Positions 55,523 to 64,000 of a stretch of DNA of 64,000 bases are shown here, piece after piece. The stretch's first letter is position 1. Every line of letters begins with the position of its first letter. A model generated the notes under the pieces. That model saw only the letters and a program-made list of their open reading frames with translations. It had not been told where the DNA came from and ran no database searches. Source of the stretch: Basidiobolus meristosporus CBS 931.73 (Eukaryota > Fungi > Basidiobolomycota). The position numbers and the translations under genes were made by a program. The stretch lies in contig MCFE01000072.1 of the NCBI GenBank assembly GCA_002104905.1, positions 121,202 to 185,201 of the forward strand, in the 5' to 3' direction.

Positions 55523-57286
55523 CGTTGGATATGTCACAACAACATTTCTACTGTAACCTTATATAGAGATGGAGTCAGCTGTTAGCGTCCTAACGCAGTC
55601 AACACTCATCGTTCTAAAAATAGAAAGCTTGTCAAGTGGGACTAATAATCTGCGTTGCAAACAGAAAAAGGAATTTGCAATATCCCATCCATCCACACCC
55701 TCAGCGTATTTGGCAGTTTGTGCTATCTGAATGTTAAATTAGATGGAATTTCTTGAGATCCGAGGCAGGCGAAAGATAGGCAAGGTGTAATTCAAACACT
55801 GTATGTGTCCGACTATTCTTGGGAGTTACTCCTTTAGGCTTGCAGAGCTCAAGAGGATGTGCTCGATATATAGCAACAAAGATATTTCTGAACGAGAGTT
55901 TTGTTGTAGTTTGAACTGTTCGGATCCACTGCTCATCTTGTTATAAAGAAGCGGCTGCTATACTAGAATCTATCAAGTCTAAGGATACTCGATGCTAACT
56001 TCCGGTTACTATGATGAAGTTTGGTGATTTCCATTTTCAGTCCTCGATGCATCTTAGTGACCAAAGTGGATAATAATTCTAGCTGAGCTGAAATCTTAGT
56101 GAATAATAATTCTAGCTGAACTGAAAGAACGTTGAGGATTGTGCATTATGGTAACACGGTATGGCCTGCTGACTGCACAAGAGCAAACGCATGGATCCCC
56201 AGGGATAGCTGCTGCCTCGCATACTATTCCCTCCTTGTCATGACAGCAGTAAGCCCCACTGTTCATGTTTTGAGGTCATTTATAGAAAAAGTCGGGTATA
56301 CAAAGCGGCAGAGGGAAGTCTATCTAGCTTTGATACCTGATGTTTACGTTGTGGCATACGTATCATAATAATTCCTAATTATCGGTTGTACAGTACTACT
56401 TGATAATATAGCTGTCATCACTTGGCTGATACCACTTGAATCAAGGCATTGGTAAAAGGCATTCCTCTCCGGGTCCCATTCCAACTCATTAATTTGGGGT
56501 AGAATAGCTGAGTTGCAGCTGGTGGATTACATTGGGTTCACATTGCGGAGATCTGATTCCTGGGTATGTGGTACAATTTTTAGCGCGATGCATAATTGAT
56601 TCCAGGATGGGGTTCAAGGTGGCTTTAGGATTGGTTTAGCTCATAAAATTCAGAAGGGATAAGGGTATGACTTCACCAACAGGTAAAATCTTTATGTCAA
56701 TAACTCAAAACAAAGTCAAGTACTATAAGGGTAATTTTTTACAAGTAAATAAACAGAAGGGCATTATGAGAAAGAATGAAAAGCAAAGGTCACTAAGCTC
56801 AAGAGGAGTCATCATAGAGTTAGGTGCTACTGAAAGGATAACTAGAGGCAGTAGTGGTGCATCCATAACTGTAACCAAGTTAGAGAAGTATGGATTGGAG
56901 GAAAGTATGAATGAGTTATGGTGGATGAGGTAATTCCTTCATAAGTTGGAGGTGTATGAGGCATAGGCAAGTACTGGGTTCTTGAAGACTTGAATATACT
57001 ATTTCAACTGCTGCATCTGGGAGTTCCCACACATTATTCTCAAACAGGGCTGTGGGTTGGTGTAATATTGCCAAGCCACTCTCTAATTTGAGGGCACTGG
57101 CACTGGTAAGCATGACTAATACCCAGCAAGCAACTGATTACCAATTTTAGTATGAGTGCTAATTGGCCTATTCTCCTCTAGAAAGGATGGGTGCTTGTAT
57201 ACTGTGAAGCTAGTACCTAAGATATTTAAAGTTGTTACTTTTGTGAAAGTTAGAATTCAGCTGATATCATGATGGTGTTCTGCAGG

Positions 57287-57814
57287 TTAGGGGGGAGGAA
57301 AGTCACCAAGTGGTGAAATCTTTATTTACTTATGACAAGTATCTAAAGAAGCCAAGTTAATCTGAAGTTATTCCTAGAAAGCTAGGTCTGAGAGATATCT
57401 TCCTGGTAAGCCAGGTCTGACAGTTGGGAAGCTGAGTGGTACTATATTTCCTAGTTAGCTAGGTCTGAGAGTGGTTTCCTGGAAAGCCAGGCCTGAGAAG
57501 TGAGAATCTGAATATATTTGAGCTAAGTTATACTGGTTTGCTGTAGCTGAATTGTGGCCGGAATGGCCAGTAGACTGGGGGAACTGAGAGGAATTTCTGG
57601 GCAATCACTGGCCAAATTTACTAGGCAAATCTGGCCAATTAGCATTTCAAGGATTTCAGCCAATCAGAGCCTTTACTTTGCCCAATGGTTGATCAGGCCA
57701 TCTCCCAATGAGCACACATCAATTTATTAATCAAATTTTGTTGGATCCAGGATTTGAACCCACAACCATGGGTATGGAAGGGTTAGGGATAACCACAAGG
57801 CTAAGTGTTCTTGG
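57287..57814 (-). mobile_element. Telomere-linked SINE-like element, family A copy 1 (tRNA-like head, ~400 bp body, two-hairpin 3' tail)
   Basis: On minus: A-box-like TAGCCTTGTGG (57793-57803) and B-box GGGTTCAAATCC (57750-57761). The 3' end abuts TTAGGG. Near-identical to 61982-62509 and 62510-63022. Confidence 0.7.
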
Positions 57815-57890
57815 TTAGGGGGGATGATCATCACCAAGGGTTAGGGGAGGAAAGTCACCAAGTGGTGAAATCTTTATTTACTTATGACAC
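57815..57890 (-). mobile_element. Two abortive 3'-tail stubs, each preceded by TTAGGG
   Basis: TTAGGGGGGATGATCATCACCAAG, then TTAGGGGAGGAAAGTCACCAAGTGGTGAAATCTTTATTTACTTATGACAC (a 50 bp stub of family A). Confidence 0.7.
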
Positions 57891-59349
57891 TTAGGGGGGA
57901 GACAGTCACCAACAGGTGAAATCTTTATTTCAGTTGAAACAAAGAAGCCAGTGCTACTGTTGTAGCTTTGATACAAGAGTGTGTAGCTGAGGGGAATTAG
58001 TAGGTAAGCTAATAAGAAGTGATGATAGTTCTTCAGTGCTCAAGACACTGTTCAGTGGGAAGGGGGGTAGCAAGAGAGGTAAGAATGACTTGTGAACAAC
58101 ATTAATGAGGGGAATGTGATAAGGGTTGATATTCATCATAAAGGGAGTGTGCTGCTGCAGATATTGCTGCCAAAGGTCTGTCAAGTACTTCAGGTAGGCC
58201 AGCTTGGGTTTTTCTGACTGCAGAATATAGTGAGCAAACTTCTTGACTTCAGGATCTCCAAGTATAGTTCTCCAGCAGGAGCCAGGTGTTGTGTAGTGTG
58301 TTCTCTTCCAGGCCTTAATCAGTGGGTTGTTGCAGTTGTGAAGTCTGAGGTATAATCTGGTTCTAAGGTAGAGAAGTCTGATCTTATAGGGCATAAACCC
58401 AAAAGCACCAAGAATAGCATGTCTGTAGGGGCATTCAGGCAAATGAGGCACCAAGGAGGTAATGCACCATACTGCAAACTTGTCAAGCTTAGTGCAGTCT
58501 CTAGAAGTAAGAGAGAGAAGTGGTAAGCCAAATTCCAGGACAGGGAAGACAAACTGCTTGAGTAGAAGAAGGCAGCTGGGAGCTGAAGTTGTAGGAGGAG
58601 TAACAGCCAGTAGCTTGTGGAGTGCCTGTCTTGCCAGGATAATTCACTTCTTCAGGTGTGCTCCAGAGTCTAGTCCAGTAGAAGGAAAGGAAAGCCAAGA
58701 TATGTAGCGGAAACCTGAGCAGGTAGAGTGGAGTTCTCCAAGTTGATGGGAGAGCCCAGAAGGTACTGTCTTTGCAATGGAAAGCTGGAGATTATTCTTC
58801 TGCAGATACTGGTGGATGGTCTGGGAGTCCTGTTGCACATTGGAGGAGGATATTCTGATGTCATCAGCAAAGAGAGTAACCAGGCAGTCAGCTGAGAGTC
58901 TTGGGAAATCATTCAGAAAGATGGCAAACAGTATAGGACCAAGCACAGAGCCTTGAACCACTCCATTAGGAACTGAGAACACTGGTGATTGCTCACTTGG
59001 GTGCAGAATTCTTGCTTGTGGATCCAGAAACAGAGACCTGACAAGGAGGGTGAGAGAGGTACTGGAGAAGCATTGCAACTTGGACCAAAGCAGATTTCTG
59101 TCAACTGAATCAAAGGCCTTAGTAATATCAAACAGAACTGAGGGATACTTGCACTGGAGAGAGTGATCTTGGCTAAGTATGACTGCATATTCCAAGGAGA
59201 GGCCAGGAACAAAGCCAAACTGTGCAGGATGAAACTTGAGGGAGTCAGAGTAGAGCTCCTGAGCAAGCAGAAGCTCAAACACCTTTCTGCAGGTGGGCAG
59301 CAGAGATATTGGCCTGTAGGAGCTAGGATCCAGGTGCTTTCCTTTAGGG
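57891..59349 (-). mobile_element. 5'-truncated non-LTR retrotransposon, family B (RT domain plus C-terminal region)
   Basis: PKGKHLDPSSYRPISLL, QFGF, FDITKAFDSV, GVVQGSVLGPILF.IFLND, LFADD, YLGFPF. One TGA at 58644 and a frameshift. The 3' end is joined to TTAGGG. Confidence 0.92.
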
Positions 59350-59608
59350 TTAGGGGGAGGGAAAGTCACCAAGTTGGTGAAATCTTTATTTGAGTTAAGA
59401 ACTAATCTAGGTACAAATAAAGAAGCCAATTAAGAGGTCTAGAACCTCTCTAATAAGTAATCTAATTTATGTTTTGTTTCATCTCTAATGTTTGTTTCAA
59501 TAAAGTAAAGCTCATCAGGGGTAAATGTAAAATTCAGGGGTTTTGGGGGAAGTACAAATTGTAGATGTTTCTGATCAATATAATCCAAGACTGGAACCCA
59601 GCCTGGGA
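59350..59608 (-). mobile_element. 5'-truncated non-LTR element, family C (260 bp 3' end)
   Basis: Near-identical to 63150-63410 and truncated at GGGATTAGG. Confidence 0.88.
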
Positions 59609-59900
59609 TTAGGGGGAGGGAAAGTCACCAAAGTAGGTGAAATCTTTATTTGATTTCAGACAAGTCTAACTACAAATAAAGAAGCCAGCTGGGAATAGAA
59701 GATTCCCAAAGTAAACACTAAGTTGAATATGAATAAATCTAAGCTAAAGTTAAGGCAGTATCCCAGAGTACACTGGAGTTCAGGTTCATGGGGGAGTGAA
59801 GTAGATAAGCTTGAGAGATATAATAATCTTTGAGGAAGTGGGTAACAGCAGGTGAAGGAGTTTTGATAGTGAGGGTGTAGGTGTTATAGTAAGGGCTAGA
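59609..59900 (-). mobile_element. 3' end of a fourth family (D) with the same two-hairpin tail
   Basis: TTAGGGGGAGGGAAAGTCACCAAAGTAGGTGAAATCTTTATTTG...CAAATAAAGAAGCCA. The body differs from A, B and C. The 5' limit is uncertain. Confidence 0.65.
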
Positions 59901-60499
59901 AAAAGGTTAGAAGAGCAGGGGGTCTGGGGGACGCAGTCCCCTAGAGAATGAAAAAAGCAGGGGGTTTGGGGGATGCAATCCCCCATACTGCTCTTATACT
60001 CTTTAAATTCCCGTTGGATTACTTTTCTCTCATTCTTGGTTCTGGTCCCTTAGGGTTAGAATTCCTCCTCCTAACCCTTATCACCCTAACCATAGATATT
60101 TTTACCCTACAATTGGCACATTGTCTGCTCATATGGTGGGCATGTCTGGGCCAATATTTGTCTCCCTATACTGTCCATATGCTCTGTATAAGTCTTGATG
60201 ACTATTTAATTAATAAATTGTTATTTTTAATATATATCTAATAATTAATGGGATTCATCCCAATCTGACCACAATCCCATATTTTGATAAGCTTGGGCAC
60301 CATAATATTGCGCGGCCCTAATATGATAAAAAAATTCATGGCCAATACAAATTTTCTGTAACCCGATTGCTTTTACCAAATATAAAGTGTATCCAAAAGT
60401 TCAATATATATTATGGCTATAATAGAAACTTTATTGGACACCATCGCAACTACTACTTATGTTCTATGCGCACATGTATCCCGCGGGAATTGTAAAACT

Positions 60500-61215
60500 T
60501 AGCCACGTGGTACAAAAGTGCTTTAATTTTTCATCATGATAGTTTTACATGAGTTCCTAACGCACTTTGAAAGTACGCAGTAGCCATACCCCAACAGGTT
60601 TTAAGGATGTCCACTAGCTACGTCTACTTGTGTCTAGCGGAGCCATCAATCATCAGCCGCGCAATACTGAAATGCTTTTATTTTTCATCATGCTAGTTTT
60701 GTATGAATCCCTAACGCACTTTCATAGTGCGCGGTAACCATACCCCAACAGGTTTTAAGGATACCCACTTGCTACGTTTACTTGTGTCTAGCGGGAGTCA
60801 TCAATCATCAGCCGCGCGGTAAAAAAGTGCTTTTATTTTTCATCATGATAGTTTTACATGAGTCCCTAATGCACTTTTATAGTGCGCGGTAACCATACCC
60901 CAACAGGTTTTAAGGATACCCACTTGCTACGTTTACTTGTGTCTAGCGGGAGTTATCAATCATCAGCCGCGCGGTAATAAAGTGCTTTTATTTTTCATCA
61001 TGATAGTTTTACATGAGTCCTTAACGCACTTTCATAGTGCGCGGTAACCATACCCCAACAGGTTTTAAGGATACCCACTTGCTACGTTTACTTGTGTCTA
61101 GCGGGAGTTATCAATCATCAGCCGCGCGGTAATAAAGTGCTTTTATTTTTCATCATGATAGTTTTACATGAGTCCCTAACGCACTTTTATAGTGCGCGGT
61201 AACCATACCCCCAGA
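60500..61215. repeat. Tandem repeat, ~155 bp unit, about 4.6 copies
   Basis: AAAGTGCTTTTATTTTTCATCATGATAG-like start recurs at about 60515, 60670, 60824, 60979 and 61134. Confidence 0.92.
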
Positions 61216-61952
61216 AAGTAGTGTGGATGCTTACTTTAAACGCTCACTTGTGTATTGTACGGAATATCAACAAACAGCCGCGTGGGAATGGAACATCATA
61301 GAAAAGCATTGCTTTGTTGTTAGCAAGTATTGATGCGCAAATAGTGGTACTATGTGAATTATTGAGTAACTATTTACTCTAGTTGGTTCCAAGATATTCC
61401 TAGACAATATGCTCAAAATCAATATTAGCATCAATAGCTTGCTCTTTGATCACTAAACCACCGCACCCAATATGCGGTGGCCTTGGTTTTGTCTAGCCGT
61501 CGAGGAATGAAACCAGAGTACAGTCACAAGAGAGGCAAAAGTGAAATGTGATGAAGTAAGTGTATATGAAAGTAATATAAATCTACAGGACAGAAGAGAA
61601 CAACTAGTAGTTAAACAGCACTCACTGACACTCCACCAAGTAGAGCACCAACACGGACAATAAACAAGTCATGAGGGGAAAGCTTAAGGACCGCTACTTG
61701 GGGATCAAGACCAAAAGAGGAAGCTGCCTCTACCATAGCAGTCCTTGCGCTCCAAAGGAAGACCAAGAGTCTATTATAGACAAAGATTGCGGCAAGAAGA
61801 GCAGTACAATTACCAGTTCTGGTAGTGGTACCTTTGGAAGTCCAAATACATGGAGAAAACTCGGAAAAATTGGCAGATGACTCAGTTGTCCTGAGGAGAA
61901 AACAAACCAATGCAATTGAGCAGTTCCGAAACAAACTTCAGCTTAGTTCTCT

Positions 61953-61989
61953 TTAGGGCTAGGGTTAGGCTAGGGTTAGGGTTAGGGGG
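61953..61989 (+). repeat. Degenerate telomeric tract TTAGGG CTAGGG TTAGG CTAGGG TTAGGG TTAGGG
   Basis: Read directly. It precedes the second retroelement array. Confidence 0.9.
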
Positions 61990-62509
61990 AGGAAATTCAC
62001 CAAGTGGTGAAATCTTTATTTACTTATGACAAGTATCTAAAGAAGCCAAGTTAATCTGAAGTAATTCCTAGAAAGCTAGGTCTGAGAGATATCTTCCTGG
62101 TAAGCCAGGTACTGAGAGTTGAGAAGCTGAGTGGTACTATATTTCCTAGTTAGCTAGGTCTGAGAGAGGTTTCCTGGAAAGCCAGGCCTGAGAAGTGAGA
62201 ATCTGAATATATCTGAGCTAAGTTATACTGGTTTGCGGTAGCTGAATTGTGGCCGGAATGGCCAGTAGACTGGGGGAACTGAGATGAATTTCTGGGCGAT
62301 CACTGGCCAAATTTACTAGGCAAATCTGGCCAATTAGCATTTCAAGGATTTCAGCCAATCAGAGCCTTTACTTTGCCCGATGGTTGATCAAGCCATCTCC
62401 CAATGAGCACACATCAATTTATTAATCAAATTTTGCTGGATCCAGGATTTGAACCCACAACCATGGGTATGGAAGGGTTAGGGATAACCACAAGGCTAAG
62501 TGTTCTTGG
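61982..62509 (-). mobile_element. Family A SINE-like element, full-length copy (~528 bp)
   Basis: A-box-like motif at 62487-62497, B-box at 62445-62456, and 3' tail at 61982-62048. Confidence 0.72.
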
Positions 62510-63022
62510 TTAGGGGGAGGAAAGTCACCAAGTGGTGAAATCTTTATTTACTTATGACAAGTATCTAAAGAAGCCAAGTTAATCTGAAGTTATTCCTAGA
62601 AAGCTAGGTCTGAGAGATATCTTCCTGGTAAGCCAGGTCTGAGAGTTGAGAAGCTGAGTGGTACTATATTTCCTAGTTAGCTAGGTCTGAGAGAGGTTTC
62701 CTGGAAAGCCAGGCCTGAGAAGTGAGAATCTGAATATATCTGAGCTAAGTTATACTGGTTTGCGGTAGCTGAATTGTGGCCGGAATGGCCAGTAGACTGG
62801 GGGAACTGAGATGAATTTCTGGGCGATCACTGGCCAAATATACTAGGCAAATCTGGCCAATTAGCATTTCAAGGATTTCAGCCAATCAGAGCCTTTACTT
62901 TGCCCAATGGTTGATCAAGCCATCTCCCAATGAGCACACATCAATTTATTAATCAAATTTTGTTGGATCCAGGATTTGAACCCACAACCATGGGTATGGA
63001 AGGGTTAGGGATAACCACAAGG
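62510..63022 (-). mobile_element. Family A SINE-like element, copy truncated inside the A-box
   Basis: Tandem near-identical copy that ends ...CCACAAGG followed by GTTAGGGGG. Confidence 0.72.
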
Positions 63023-63023
63023 G

Positions 63024-63128
63024 TTAGGGGGAGACAGTCACCAACAGGTGAAATCTTTATTTCAGTTGAAACATAGAAGCCAGCGCTACTGTTGTAGCTT
63101 TGATACAAGAGTGTGTAGCTGAGGGGAA
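63024..63128 (-). mobile_element. 105 bp 3' stub of family B, followed by (TTAGGG)4 at 63132-63155
   Basis: Matches 57891-57995 with few substitutions, then GGG(TTAGGG)4. Confidence 0.88.
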
Positions 63129-63149
63129 GGGTTAGGGTTAGGGTTAGGG

Positions 63150-64000
63150 TTAGGGGGAGGGAAAGTCACCAAGTTGGTGAAATCTTTATTTGGGTTAAGA
63201 ACTAATCTAAGTACAAATAAAGAAGCCAATTAAGAGGTCTAGAACCTCTCTAATAAGTAATCTAATTTATGTTTTGTTTCATCTCTAATGTTTGTTTCAA
63301 TAAAGTAAAGCTCATCAGGGGTAAATATAAAATTCAGGGGTTTTGGGGGAAGTACAAATTGTAGATGTTTCTGATCAATATAATCCAAGACTGGAACCCA
63401 GCCTGGGATTAGGTGTAGTAGGAAAGGTGTGTGGACTTGTAAGTAGCTCTGCCACATAGATCTTAGATGGTCCTGAGCCAGTAGTCTTGGTTTCTCAGCT
63501 TTTTGAAGTTTTGAAGCAAGCTCTGTTACTACAGCAGAGCCAACCAGGGTGTGCCAGCAAGAAGATTTCAGGGAGGAGTTAGATTGAAGCCATTGTTTGA
63601 TGGAGGGGTTATGTGATTTCTGAAGTTTGACTAGGAAGGAAGCCTGGAGATAGATCATTCGGATTTGGTATGGGTAGAACCCAAAGGCTCCATTAGTTGC
63701 ATGGATATAGGGAGATACTGGAAGATAAGGTACCAAGGATCTGATACACTGATGGAGAAATTTATCCAGGCGGTGAAGTTCTCTGGAGGTTAGGGGTATA
63801 ATGTGGAGACCAAATTCAAGTACTGGCAGCACATACTGCTTCAGAAGTATAGGGATCTTTTGAATTGGAGTGTCTGGAGTGACTACTACCAGAAGCTTTT
63901 TGAGAGCCTGTTGGGCAAGACGGATCCTATTATTCAGGTGGAGCTTTGAGTCAATCCCATGTTGACAAAACGGCAGACCTAGATATATTGCAGTTTGTTG
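63150..64000 (-). mobile_element. Non-LTR retrotransposon family C, C-terminal region; continues beyond the window
   Basis: YLGLPF...GID..LH..RIRLA...LLKQYVLPVLEFGL...GAFGF.PY.IR..YL..., clearly homologous to but diverged from family B. Stop at 63239. Confidence 0.85.

Noticed and set aside
56400-57280. CpG-poor segment left of the first array, possibly a retroelement endonuclease or gag remnant
   Set aside because: Manual translation gave no convincing motif, so it is left uncalled.
57287-57360. Hammerhead ribozyme in the shared tail, by analogy to Penelope/Terminon repeats
   Set aside because: GAAA is present but no CUGANGA core or three-way junction was found on either strand.
57740-57810. 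Functional tRNA gene
   Set aside because: The anticodon and acceptor stems do not pair, so it is treated as a SINE head.
60500-61215. CRISPR-like or tRNA/5S array interpretation of the tandem repeat
   Set aside because: Eukaryotic context, no unique spacers, and no A/B/C boxes or cloverleaf recognised.
61600-61950. Plus-strand LADDSVVL resembling an RT YADD motif
   Set aside because: Single weak motif with no clear upstream QG..LSP block in frame.

Overview
Eukaryotic DNA from an intron-containing, early-diverging-type fungus. A Basidiobolus-like zoopagomycete or mucoromycete is a guess from gene content only. The window has three compartments. (1) About 1-14.8 kb is a CpG-poor transposon graveyard with a foldback/MITE family (GACTTGTTC ends), a decayed DDE_Tnp_4 (PIF/Harbinger-ISL2EU type) transposase, a CACTA/EnSpm tnp2 pseudogene with fragments, a Ty1/copia remnant and a dispersed ~330 bp repeat. 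(2) About 15.8-55.5 kb is a gene-dense, CpG-normal block: DED1, a COQ11-like SDR, CSE1, three near-identical tandem UNC-93/DUF895 (Ngt1/NOPE1-like) MFS genes, an NT5DC-like HAD 5'-nucleotidase, OGG1, SEC61 alpha, ATP2, ARC18/ARPC3, a myosin-motor chitin synthase, an S10 carboxypeptidase, a GLUT-like transporter and a small secreted (AKPKPV)n protein. (3) About 57.3-64 kb is a subtelomere-like region, and the most striking part of the window. It holds head-to-tail arrays of at least four different retro-sequences: two or three diverged non-LTR RT families plus a tRNA-headed SINE-like element. All have the same orientation, all are joined through their 3' ends to TTAGGG repeats, and all share a 3' tail with two hairpins whose stems are conserved while the loops vary. 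This looks like a telomere-targeted LINE/SINE system. Coordinates were read by eye (allow a few bp). No searches or alignments were run.
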